Both the position numbers and the translations under genes were made by a program. A stretch of 64,000 nt of DNA from Trichodelitschia bisporula (taxonomy: Eukaryota). Position 1 is the stretch's first letter; each line of letters starts with the position of its first letter. The stretch lies in NCBI GenBank assembly GCA_010356995.1, contig ML996691.1, positions 812,174 through 876,173 on the forward strand, in the 5' to 3' direction. The notes beneath the pieces are model-generated. The model worked only from the letters and a program-made list of their open reading frames with translations, was not told the DNA's origin and made no database searches. Positions 47,503-60,425 of the stretch are shown here, in pieces.

Positions 47503-48863
47503 TACAGAGCCACGGAAACCGAAATCGTGTGGAGGATGAGAAGGCAGGGTTGTCGAGTGGTGATGACTTTTCTGTGTTCCTTTGTGGTCAGAGCCGTTCA
47601 ATCTGGCCAGCTGAAGTTGATCGATGTCCAGATACGAGGCTGATGACTCAGCAGCGCAACGGCTTTTGCCTGATAGTTTGGGCAGCGATGGCGCATCTCG
47701 GGAAGAAGCGAAGCGCCTTGCCGCATCGGGATGCCTGTATGTTCTCGCAGCTGATTGGTGTCACAAATTGGAGGTCGCGATGGACGCATCACACCACCAT
47801 CAACTGATGTCATCGAGCTTTACTAACGATATTATGCTGAATCCGAGGCCTTCAGTAACTTGGCACCTCCCACATCGTTCCTCTTACATCCGTAGAGTGT
47901 AGAGCTTATAGCTTGCGTGGGAGCACGTTCAGCTGGGCATCTGAAAAGCTTCCAAGCCTTGCAGCATGGGAGTGCGGGGTAATCGACGAACAAGGAGGGT
48001 TGACTAGGGGTGTGCCGTTGATGTGGAGTGAGCAGCGCTGCATACAGTACCGTACGGTACGGATTACATGTCACGCGAAACAAGCTCAAGGCCATACCCT
48101 AACATCCCGATCAGCTCCAACTTTCTTACAACGGCCCTGCACAAGTAAAGTCAGGTTGGAGTGATGTGGTTGGCCGTTTACGGTATATCTGTTCTGTTGG
48201 AGACAGGGACGAGCCGCGTGGTCAATACCAAGCTCGCCTGCCTACGCAGTAGTTCTAGAGGGAGGGGGCGTTCCTACTCCCCGCTTGCAACAACTTCAAC
48301 GAAACGGCGCAACGCAGAAAGGTAAGGAGGCATGTCGCATCATTCATTCTGCAGAGCATTGATAAGAAGAGAGGAGAGAATGGCGGCATTCCGCAGAAAG
48401 TATGGGCGCATGAACAAATTGTTTGGTGTCTTTGACGGCCGGGAACTTTGGTGCTGAGAACGGTCATTCCGGGGACGGGATAACTATTCGCCTCTCCACC
48501 CTGGGAACGTAGCCCCTCGGAGGACTACAAATAGGTTACATAGTCCCCCCGCCAAACACCATCTGTCGCTTATGCCGGTCACCGCGAACTCCCGACACAC
48601 AAGCCTCCACAGAGCCGCAACCACCAATCCCCAAGTCGATCTGTTTCATTCCGCAATCGCGACTAAAGTATCTGTTTATCGACCACATCGTGGAATTGCA
48701 GCTCGATAACCCCAATTGTTTGCAAAACCCCCAAGCGCTCCGTCGCGTCACGTCACCCACCACCCCTGCACCTCTCCGCGCCGCGTGTTGGAGCACCCGA
48801 GCTTCCAACAACACCACAACCCCCCACCCCCACCGTTTTCATCGCCCTTGAGCATGTGAGAAC

Positions 48864-51514
48864 ATGTTGATACGATCAACACAAGCTCTCCACTATCCGA
48901 TCACGGTTACCGAGTTGCTCGTCCAACCTGGTGATGCAGTCGATAGGTTCGCGCCGCTGTTCACATACACTTATAAGTCCACAGTTACTGAGGGCAATAA
49001 GTATGGAGACGAGCGTGTTGTCGAGAAGACGTGGCCAGCGGAGTTCCAGTCCGAAATCGACGGCAAAGTTCTCTCATGGAAGATCAAGGCTGGCGATGTG
49101 ATCAAGGCCGACAGGTATGCGCCGCGCACCGAGATCCTTTGATGCAGTCGCTAACCCCCCTTAGGATTCTCCTCGTGGAGATTGAGGAACCGTGTAAGCA
49201 TGAAGTTCAATTCGCTGGCCTGTGCACGTCGTGCTACAAGGACATGACCGAGTAAGTGTCGCAAGTCCTACCCCGATCCGTTGACTGATGAAGTCTGCAG
49301 AGTAGACTACGTCACTACGCGGCCTAATGCGAGTCGCGCCACGATAAACATGTCGCACAGCCATACGGCGCTCAAGGTTAGCCAGGAGGAGGCTGGTAGG
49401 GCGAGCGAAGCAGCGCGCCGTCGTCTGCTCTCTACCCGCAAGCTTTCACTTGTTGTGGATCTCGATCAGACAATTATTCACGCCACCGTTGACCCTACCG
49501 TGGCGGAATGGCAGAAAGATCCATCGAACCCGAACTACGAAGCCGTCAAGGACGTCAAGGCCTTCCAGCTCGTAGATGATGGCCCGGGTGGCCGGGGCTG
49601 CTGGTACTACATCAAGATGCGTCCTGGCCTGGAGCAATTCCTGGAGCAGATCTCGCAGCTGTACGAGCTGCACATCTATACCATGGGCACGAGGGCCTAT
49701 GCGCAAAACATCGCTAAGATCGTCGACCCCCAGCAGAAATATTTCGGCGATCGGATCCTCAGCAGAGATGAGAGCGGGAGCCTCACCGTGAAGACTCTGC
49801 AACGCCTTTTCCCTGTTGACACAAAGATGGTTGTCATCATTGATGACCGCGGTGACGTGTGGCAGTGGAGCCCGAACTTGATCAAGGTCGTCCCCTACGA
49901 TTTCTTCGTCGGCATCGGCGACATAAACTCTAGCTTTCTACCAAAGCGCTCGGATATCCTGAAGGCAGCCCTCCCCGCTATTAGCACCACTGAGATTTTA
50001 GCAGTTTCAGCCGAGGCCTCAGCAACTGGTCTCGAGGGTGGCCCTGTGGAACCTGGCGTGAAGGTTCCTGGGCCTGCTGACAATGCTTCGACCCTAGAGC
50101 AGCAAATCGTAGCCATGGCAGGTGGTGACAATCCTAATTTGCTTGAGGAGCAGAGCCACAAACAGGAGGAAGCCATCGCCGCCCAGGTCACAGACCGTCC
50201 TCTCTTGAAGAAGCAAGAGTTGCTGGACAAGCAGGATGAAGAGGCTGGCAAAGAAAACCGTGACGACGACACATCCTCTGAGGGTAGTGCACATCGCTCG
50301 CGTCATAACCTCCTGCAGGATAATGACACCGAACTCTCCTGGCTTCAGATGAACCTGGAGACAGTGCATCAGAAGTTCTATGCCGACTACGAGGAAAACA
50401 TATCCCTATCGCCTGGTGGTCGACTTGCCGAGCTCCGCGGGGACAAGTGGCAGGATAAGCCTATCGTGGACGACTTCATACTCATTCCGGATGTCAAAGA
50501 TATCATGCCTCCCCTGAAAGAGCAAGTTCTGAGTGGCGTTGTGCTTTGCATCACGGGCATCATTCCGCAAGGTATCAATCATCAAATGTAAGTCTAGCCT
50601 ACTTTCTATTCAGCATCGCTAACCCCCAAAACAGCACTGACCTTGGAATGTGGGCCAAGTCTTTTGGCGCTTCCATCTCACCTGCCCTCACCAAGCGTAC
50701 AACACATGTCATTGGGGTTCCAGATCGTCGCACGAAGAAGGTTCGACAGGCCTCGAGGTACCCGGGAATCAAGATTGTCACCCTGAAGTGGCTCCTTGAA
50801 TGCTTCACTCGGTGGACTCGTGTCAATGAAAAGCCCTATCTCATCGAAGTCGAGCAATACAACGGCCCAAACGAATCGCTTCCGTTTGACGAATATGAGG
50901 CTGGTATGATATTGACCCCATCGGAAGCTGGAGACAATGATGGCCCGGATGGCCTTGCGGAAGACGACGACGTTATCTCGCCCAGCAATGAATCGCCTAT
51001 CGAGGTTGATGACGGGCAGTGGGCCGAGATGGATGAAGAGCTGAAGGAGTTTTTGGGTGATGATGAAGATGACACAGATTACGACACCGATACCAAATCC
51101 GTCGACTTCGAATCGGATGCCAGCACCCGCAGCACGGCCGACAAAGACTCTCGCAAGCGCAAGCGGGGCACAGAGTCTGCAGATGCCAGCGATGCGGAGG
51201 ACACCGACTCCAGCGTGGGCCATCGTGGATCCCAGCTTCAAAAGCGCAAGAAGCGGGCATTAGAGCGGACTTCCAGCTTGGCCAACGTTACCAGCGTCGA
51301 CAATGCCTCTGGTTTGCCTAGCCCCGACGCCACCGGCCCCGACGAAGACGCTGGGGAAGGCCAGGCTAACGGTAGAACCACGCACAATTCGAAGACAGAC
51401 GACGCAGTGGACGGCGGTGATGACGATGATGAAGCTATGGACGATCTTGAGCGTGAAATGCTTGCCGAGTTCTCAAAGTCGGATGACAGCGTTGCCTACA
51501 CCGTCGCGGATTAG
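48864..51514 (+). CDS. FCP1: RNA polymerase II CTD phosphatase
   Basis: HAD motif LVVDLDQTIIHA, YIKMRPG, YFGDRILSRDE, IIDDRGDVW; BRCT domain; acidic C-terminus ending DDLEREMLAEF (TFIIF-binding-type tail); three introns. Confidence 0.96.
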
Positions 51515-52451
51515 CGCTCTAGTGCCCCCATCTACTCCGGGACTTGATCAGCGTTCATGATTTTTGTACTGCATAGCGGGGTCGGGTGGGAGGCACGGGG
51601 GACATGGGACTGGCGTTACATACCTTGGAACCTTGGAGCAATCTGGATGGGCGTGCATTCATGATTGATAGAGGGTTGGAAGGGCGTTTGTGCACTGCGG
51701 TCGGGGCATTTCGGCGCAGCATTTATGTAACAGATACCCTGATTTTTCAGTTACCCTGACTTTTACCGAACTCAGAGCGAGTACTGTACTTCGTGGGCTC
51801 TTCTATGATGTACCGGTACATCCGTACATACAATTTCACCACCTGGTTTTGATGATATTGTGCACAGCCACAGAGTAAAGTGAGGCTGAGATATTTGGTG
51901 GCAACTTTTTTTTTTGGCCTGTGTCTGGAAGCTGAAGCGGCCGGCTGTGAATGGGCAACCTCTCGCAATAATGGCCCAAGGCCCGCGGCTTGTCTGCCAG
52001 TGAAGCTTCTCATCGTCCCCGCGCCCTACCAAGTCCGCCCGCCTTCTCGCCCCCAGTCTTTCCCCCCCGTCCCCCCCTCCCCCTCCCCCCACCCACTTTC
52101 AGGCTCTCAGCTCTTGCAGCCTGAAGGCACTTGGGTAAAATAGGCTGGATGGTACTACTCCACCCTCCCACCACTCCACACCACTAGTTCTACAGTACTG
52201 CGTCCTACCCGTCGATCCTAACTTAGGCTACCGCCTGTTGGCTACTTAGGCTTGCTGAAACTCGAGGCTTAGTGAATCTCGCTCTTCAAGGCAGCTAACA
52301 TCGAAAGAACACCCTCCATCCCTACACCGCCCAAAAACGACGCTCATATTCTGTGTTTTGGGGAGCTTCATTGCACCGCGCGCTTTATTTTTTCTTCCTT
52401 TCTGATTTCTCAACATTATCACTTCTGCTAGAATCCACATATCTTCGAGCC

Positions 52452-54550
52452 ATGGCTGTTGAAGCTCCACCCGCTGAGGTCCAGCCTACTCCCGCACCGG
52501 AGTCAACCAGCCCAGCGGTTGCGACCGATGCGACAACCGATACGACAACCGATATGCCAACCGATACGACAACCGATACGACAACCGATATGACGACCGA
52601 TGCAACGGCGGATGCGACGACCGATGCGACTAGCGGTGCGACTACTCCGACCACTACAATCTCCGCGACTGATGCAGCTTCCACGGCGGCATCGGCTGCT
52701 GCGACGGCCTCTACGCAGACGGTGGAGGAGCCCGCCAAACCAGAAATCCCACTTAGGCTTTTGGATCTGTCGGTCGACATAAAGACGCTCATTGTGGCAC
52801 ATGTTCGTACTCCCCCTCAGGTGAAACTGTTCAGCCTCATCCTAACTAATTACGCGCAGGTTATCCGTCCAACAGACATGAAGAACCTCTGCCTTACCTG
52901 CAAGCAAATGCATGCGATTACCGCACGCCAGCTGTATCACGAAGTCACTCTCGAAGTCGGTAGTCCGACCGACACGAAGCTCACAGCCTTCATTAATCCG
53001 CGCAACATTGGGCTGCAATATATCCGCAAGATGGACCTCTACCTTGCGGATGTGCCAGACAAGTGTAATCAGTTGCAACAGGCGCACTTTGCGATCCGCA
53101 TGATCCTAGAGTTTCTGCCCGAGGACATTCTCGAGAAGTTCAGCTGGCACCCTTGGAATCACTTCTCGGCAGACAATCTTCTGCTGCTCTATCGCAAGCA
53201 GCGGCGCATGAAGTGGCTGGAGGCTATTGCTCTTGACAAAGATGTTCTCCCGGACCTGGAGAAGCTGTCGACCTTCGACGCCATGTTTGAGCACACGCGC
53301 AAGCTGGGGCTCTATCCCGATAGCAGGGATGTATTGAATTACTGCGCAGCCCTGGTGAAGCGCACACCGAAAGTGGAGAAGATTACGCTGCATGCGAGCT
53401 TTGACGAAGACCCTGACAGACAAACAATCCCGAGCCGGGAGCTGAACGACTCTAGCACTGGACCAGGTGTGCTTAGCCCATTATAAAGCGACTAATAACA
53501 CCAATGCTAATGCGCGCAGGACTGATAACCAGCACTATCTTCGGCCACATGCTGCCATTCGAAAAGTGCACTCCTCTGGCCCTTCGCGATCTTACCCTCC
53601 AAAAGATCCATCTTCGTTATGCCGCGGAGACGTACTGTAGATTCATCAACTTCCGCAACATCAAAGCGCTCCGAGTCTTTGGTTGCTCAGGTGCAGACTC
53701 TCTCTTTGCTGAGTTGAGCAAGTCGCAGAAGCTGCCGGAACGCCTCGAGTCGCTTGAGTTTAAGCACGATGACAACCCAGATAGCGAAGCCTTGAATGCT
53801 CTCGACGGCTTCCTTTGCTTGGTTTCCGGCCTCAAGGTGTTAACGTTAGACATCTGCTATGCCAAAACACTACCATCCTCGGCAGGCATTACACGCCATG
53901 CGAAGACCCTGCGCGAGCTTAACATTCATGGCAGTCGTGGGGATGGCGAGGAAGAGGAGCTTGTCTACGATTTCGACGATTTCGAAAAGATCTGCAAGAG
54001 CTGCACGCTATTGGAGCAACTGTCGTGCGCGTTCCCGCCGACCAGTCTAATCCGCTCCAATAGCGATGCATTCGATCAGTTTGAGGTATTCCTCTTCATC
54101 GATTTCGTATATTATACTGACCAGTACGAGCGGGCCCTCGGTGACCTTCCCAACCTAATCACGCTCAATATCACAACCTGGCCAAACAACACACCGTCAT
54201 CATCACGTTTGCCCCGCAAAATTTACGAGCACCTGCTGCAAGGCATGGCGCAAGCTGGTTTCGAACGGTCCGTCCAACATGCCGCCACCAATAATCGCCC
54301 TTCCAGGCTCGCAGTCATTGCCTTCGGATCGTCAGACAAGGTCTACGACCGAGAGGACTCGAAGAACCAGATAATTTTTGTCAAGGGCAAGCAGTTTGAT
54401 CCGTTCGGTGTCGAAGCGCCGCTTGCTGTGCAGATTGGGTGGTGCCTTCGCAAATTTGTGGAGCCACGCAGCGACGTTTTGGACTTTTCGCTTGCACGGA
54501 GTTGCAGGCCACCGACTCGGGAGCCGCCGCAAAGTGATGAGAGCGATTAG
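52452..54550 (+). CDS. F-box-like / LRR-like fungal protein
   Basis: After a T/D-rich leader, LRLLDLSVDIKTLIVAH|VIRPTDMKNLCLTCKQMH resembles an F-box; downstream LxxLxL repeats (LRDLTL, IKALRV, LESLEF, LKVLTL, LRELNI, LEQLSC, LITLNI). Introns ~52803-52859, ~53468-53519, ~54086-54124/54130. Confidence 0.7.
52521..52631 (+). repeat. Coding 12-nt tandem repeat (T-D-[ATM]-T)n
   Basis: ACCGAT(A/G)CGACA-type units about 9 times, encoding ATDATTDTTTDMPTDTTTDTTTDMTTDATADATTDAT. Confidence 0.9.
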
Positions 54551-54854
54551 GGATCCGCTCACTCCCATTGGGTACATTTTTGAGGAGAGGCCAGGCGCTC
54601 AAAAAGGAACGGCGTTTGGATAGGGCGCGTAGGTTGGGGACCTGGGTTCGTTCACTACCAGTCAGTCACTCTGATACCACTTTTCTAGCTTCTGTCGATC
54701 TCGGCCATGGCCGCTGTTTGTTGCGTTTTGAGCGTCGTCGAAGTCATGTCATCGCTACTCATTTCATGCCAGTGCTTTGTGAAGCAATTGCTCATATACC
54801 GTTATTTGTCGTTAACCTTTTCAGAAAGCAAGTATCCAGAGCCAGATGCCCACT

Positions 54855-56789
54855 TTAAAGCACATAGCGATATAACGGCCCATAATTCTCTACTCCCTCC
54901 CCCTCTCCGGCCTTCTCACTCTCACCCCTCGCCACTGCCGCCTCCGCCCGCACCCGCTGCTCATCCAGCGTCCCGTACTGCCGGTCCAGCTTCTTATTCT
55001 CCCACTTCAACAGCGTGCGCAGAAGAAACGCTAGCAGTACGTCGAGAAACATGAAGGCAGCGCAGATGGACTGGCCCTTGACGTAGAATGGGCCTTCCTT
55101 ACCGGGGTACAGTCGTGTACCGAGCAGCGGCCCGCACTGCCCGATCAGATTAAGCAGCACGATGCCAACGCCGCGGCGTGTGTCGGTGCCTTGGTTATCT
55201 GTGACGTGTTAGTGGGTGAGATTTTATCTAGAGGGGCGGGGGGGGCGACGCACTCAATACCCAGGGTAGTGTGTTTCCGATCACGGGGAACACGCCGCAG
55301 CCTGCGAGGATCACACCCGTGTAGCGTGCACCGACTGACTTGCATGTTGCAAGGAGGATGTAGCCGATGCCGCCGATGGTCGCCACAATCATTATGACGA
55401 GGCCGCGCTGCTGCGTGCGATCCGCGATCCAGGTCGTGATTACAGTGGCGAGGAAGGCGAGGAAGAAAGGGGGCGCGGTCAGACCTTGCGCGTTGATGGC
55501 GGTGAAGCCCATTTCTTTGAGGATTGTGGGGAGGAAGACGGGAAGGGATGACTAGGCGGTTAGTAGGGATGACTGGGATGGGGTGAGGGGACGTACGAAG
55601 CTGACGTTGGTGGAGAAGTAGATGAGCTGGGGATGCGGTTAACGGGTATCCTGTGCGGCTCAAGCGGTACTCACGGCCGTGAACCACGCCTTCGGATCGA
55701 GCAGGGCGATGCCCACCTCCCGCCACTGAATAATGCCAACCCGCTTCTCGCGCCCCGCCTGGCGAATCGCCCTCGCCCTCGCTACATGCTTCTCGTCCTC
55801 AGTCAAAAAACGCGCCGTGTCCGGCGTATCGGGCAGGAAGAAGAACGTCACGACCGCCATAGCCACTGTCGGTAGGCCTTCAACCAGGAACAGCAGGCGC
55901 CAGGCCGCGAGCTTCGCGTGCCCGGAGGTGATTCCGAAGGCGAGGGCGCCGGCGAAGGTAGTCGCCAGCGGCGCGGCGGAGACGAATAACCCGATGCGCA
56001 AGCCCAGTTCGCGTCGCTCGTAGAAGAAGGAGAGCAGATATGGGATTCCTGGGCCGAAGCCGGCTTCTGTTACGCCCAGGAGGAAGCGAAGGGCCATCAT
56101 TGCTTTCCAGGACGTGGCGGCGGCTTGGGCGGAGGATATTATGCCCCTATGGAGAGGTTACTTGACTGCTTGGAATTATGGGGGTTCTATATACCAGCCT
56201 AGGACGCTGAATGCGCCCCAGATGTGGGGAGGGATGACCTTCCACATCAGAGCTTGCCATTCGAACTATAGGCATTAGAGCGAAACTGTACAATAAATCT
56301 GACGGCCTACTCACAACGATGTAGGAGATGTAAAATATGGTCAGGAGCCAGTCGTAGGACGGGCTCGTGAGCTTGAGGTCCTCGGACATGCCAGCGATTT
56401 TTGCATTGCTATCCAACAGCATCAGTCTTCAAAAACTTCGGCCAGGCAACTGCAAGAAACGTACCCTATATTACTACGATCCAAAAAAGATAGCAAATCT
56501 AGAGCTCGTTAAGCCTTGATCCTTTCCGTGAGCGCGGTCGAGCATACAGAGAGCTACCACGAGCGGGATGACCTGTTCCAGCCTAGTCAGCCAAGAGAAA
56601 CCTCGGGTGCGAAAAGCTTAAGGAGCTTATTCCAGCCACTGACGAAATGGAAGGACCAACATGAAAATCCAACTTCCTCACCACACGCTTCTCCATAACA
56701 GCACGATTGACTTCATCCTCCGAAGTCAACTGCTCTCCAGGAGGCGTCTTCAGGTTTGCTGGCGGATTAACAATATCTGGCTGAGCCAT
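54855..56789 (-). CDS. MFS transporter, anion:cation symporter (Dal5/Tna1-like) family
   Basis: VRKLD, FLDRSNIGNAKIAG, LRFLLGVTEAG, YLLSFFY.RRELGLR, WRLLFLVEG, LPDTP..ARFL, GQCGPLLG, ENKKLD; many short exons. Confidence 0.92.
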
Positions 56790-58435
56790 GGTTTTCGAGT
56801 CGCAAGACTCCAATTATTTCGCGAGTTGTAGATATGTTTGAAGTGAAGCTGAGATGATGGCGGGAGAAGGTTCGCAACACTCCGCAACAGCTGCTTATAT
56901 CGAGAAAAGAGCAGGAATCGCCATCTGACTAGCGGGACAGCCGGTGCCGCCTGCCATCCTAAATATTCCCTCTGGTCGGGCAGGTTACGCAGATCGCCAG
57001 TTGGGCCCCAGTCGGTGCGCTCGTCGCACATGTCTTCCCCACCCTACTACGGTACGTTGGTACGTACACCGCTGATCAGGCCTCACATTAGGCATGGTAA
57101 ACCGCGTACTTCGGACCCAAGCTTCCAGACGGCCGAGTCTTGTTCATGTAGTGTCGGCTCACATTTACCATTAGTAAGTGACCTATGCTTCTTCTAATTC
57201 TGGGCGAGACCACTGCCGAACCTCAAGCTCATATAATAAAGCTTGTCTTTACATCCACTTTACTACATAAAGTCAGCGGGACTCCTCATCTCGTTCATAG
57301 CATGGATTGATCTCTCTACTCCGTAGATTCCATAGTTGCTTGCTGCAGTATCTCGCAGGAGCTTTGCGTGCTTCGTACCTGCTCCCCCGCAGTACCCTCG
57401 TAGAAAAATCCGTTCGACAGTGCTAATCTTACCGCATCAAGCACAGCTTGCTACTTCCCCACACTCTTGGCAACCGCAGTAGCCAAACAAGGCAGTGATT
57501 GGCACCCTCAACTGAGCTCGTGGACTCAGTGACCGTGTGTGGGTATTTCCGCCTTCTACTGACGCAAGGGTGGACCAAAGGGACACCAAATGCGATATCC
57601 CGGCGGCTATAGAGCAGCATCGTTCGCGAATCAGATATCTGTACAGATACTAACAGTGTAGTCTTCATCTGTAAACATTTTGGATGGCTCTCTGTCTCAG
57701 CGCCCCGCGCGTCGTCATGAACGGGTCGGAAATAAGGTTAAGGAAAGAGCTACCCCGCAAATAAGGAAAGAGGGGCGCTAGGCGCGCCGTTGCGCCGCCA
57801 GCGCCTGCCGTACCGTGCCATGAGCCGGAGCCGCAAGGAGCAAGTAACTAGATGGGGCTAGCATAGCCGAAATGCTAGATTAGGTGCATGTAGGGGATGT
57901 GGAGACGGATTGAAGGTCACAAGGATCTCGCTTGGGAGGAAGCGAAGTTCGGGAAAGGACCGCCTCGGCCGGATGAAGATATCGGGCCGAAGCGTCCAAG
58001 CGAAAGAGGGGGTTTCAACCACCAAAATCTCATTTTGCGCCTCGTTAAATACTAATGGTAATCTTCCGGAACCCGGCATCACGCTGCCTCATCAATGTCA
58101 TCGATGGTCTCTCCCTGCTCGCCATCCGGATCGCCTTCGTACTCGTATTCAAGATAGCCGCGGCTTTCTGTTGAAGGGGAGCAATTGGTTCCCCCAGCCC
58201 TGGTGGCCGGACCTCCAGCATCACTCAACCGGCTTCGCTGGATACAACACGGTAAGAGTACAACCTGAGGTTGCACTCGATGATGTCGGGTCTCCAGGTG
58301 GGAGACATCCGAACAATGCCCGGATGAGTCGATTCCCGCGGCGAGTAAAGTGCCCTTTCCGCCATAGGCCCTTTGGCCCAACGCGGATGAACCAGCTGGC
58401 GAAGGACTACCCAAGTAATCCCTGTACCACTCATC

Positions 58436-60425
58436 TTATTTTGCACGCGACAACACCGTGGTGCTTGCCCCTGGGGATCCAACTTCCTTAGCCATCCGAT
58501 CCAAGTCAAGCTCCGAGACGCGATATGTCAGCGGCAACTTCGGAGCCAAGTTATGCAGCCGGACAGATTTGCCCCCGTCCATTTCGTTCATCGCCTCTTC
58601 TGTGGCGTTGTACTTCCGGTAAAGTAGCCAAAAAGCGCATCCAGCGACCGCACTCGCAACCCCAAGACCGGAATATAGGAAGACGAGCCGCGGATCATGT
58701 GCCATGGGCGCCAGGGCTGCGCCGAGAGCTGCGCCGAATGCGTTGGTTAGAAGGAACATGGACATGATGAGGGACTTCATGCTGGGCGGGGCCTTCGTGT
58801 ATGCGTATTCCAGTCCTGTGATGCTAGCGAAAATTTCCGATAGCGCTATGAAAAAGTATGCTGGCGCCTGGAGCGCCACGTGGACGTGTTGGTGCTCGAA
58901 GGTGCCATTGGGCAGCTTGCCCTCAATGCATTTCAGTGGCGCGTAAAAGCATGGCGGTGAGTGATAGATGCGTCTCTGGACCCAAGCAGCGTATGCCATA
59001 GCGATGGAGGCCATGAAGAAGCCCCAGGTGATGCGTGTGATCGGCTTGAAGGCTATTCCTGCTTTGCGAAGACTGGGGTAGAGAACTCGGTCACATATGG
59101 GAATGAAGATGATGACGGTTATGGGATCGATGTTTTGCATGATGTCGTTCTATCCCGTTAGCCGAAGTCACCCAAATTTCACGGTGGGAAATACCGGAAT
59201 GCCGTGCAGCTGCATTGTCCCTGCTTGTGAGACAAAGTTGTTCAGCATTTGGTTGTATACAACCCAGTAGATGGGGTAGAACATGAAGACCTGGAACATG
59301 TTAGTATCCGGTTTAGATTTTCCAAAGGGCACCAACCTTGCATGCAATCAAGGCCCGCCTAAGCTCATCAACAAAAGCGTCGTCCCATGGCGTGTCATGA
59401 GTTCGCTCCCCAAGGCGCGCCTGCCACGAGGGCTTTGCGGCATCCAAGCCGTTGCTGCTGATGCCAATCCACAGAGCCTTGCAGCTGTGCAAAAGAATCG
59501 ACCCCTTTGGAGCACGGACAACATATTTCTTCTTGCCCGCAACGAGGACGAAAAAGCCAACGATGAACATGATCAACGGCAGGAGGTATGCACACCAGAA
59601 GCCGACCTTCAATTCGAGAGTGGTGGTCGCTATGGCGGACAGCGAACCGATATTGATGCACATGTAGAATATCATGTATATCCGCTGGATCGTCAATGTA
59701 GGGTCGACGATGACCTTTTCGCCGGTGGGAAGTATCCGAACTCGCGGCTTAGTTTCGGTGTACTGCTCGGCGATGAGCGGCGACACATTGCTCTTAATGC
59801 CCCCGGTTCCGAGGCCGATCAGAAACATGGCGCAGACGAGTCCGGGGAGCGAGATTCCTTTGTCAATGGCGAACGGCAGCGAGGTTATGAACAGGACAAT
59901 GAGGCCTACTATGTAGAAGATGGAGAACAAGGCGATGGTCTTGTATTTGCCGAGGAACTGATCGGCGACGACAGCCCCCAGAATCGGCGTCACGTACTGA
60001 ATCCCGTTAACTAGGAACAAGATGGTGGAGTAGGCGACTACTTACACACCAAAACTGGAAGAAGTTGGTGAGAGCGGTAGCTCCCGACTGGTCGAGGCCT
60101 ACGTATGTTAGCATCGCCACGGTCTCCGTCCCAAACCAGCCATAAGCTCACCAATTGCGCCGGGATTGCCACTCGGATCATCCTTCTTGTTGGATATGTA
60201 ATTCTGAAATGGTCCCGACAGACCGTAATACGCAAACCGCTCGCACAACTCCACCAATGCGACTAGAAATGCGCTCCACGGTAGCCGATCTGGCACCCTC
60301 CGCAACACGCGCCTCTCGCGCTCCGTAGGTTCGTCCGAGTCCAGCTCCTCCGTCTCCGCTATTGTCGTCCCATTCAGACTGTACCCCGCAATGTCAGACG
60401 GCCGTTCGCGCAGGCTCGCCTCCAT
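58436..60425 (-). CDS. PTR2: POT/PTR family di/tripeptide transporter
   Basis: ExxERFxYYG motif (ELCERFAYYG), GTGGIKSNVSPLIAEQY, FYMCINIGSL, ITGLEYAYTKAP; four introns; first stop TAA at 58436-58438. Confidence 0.93.
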
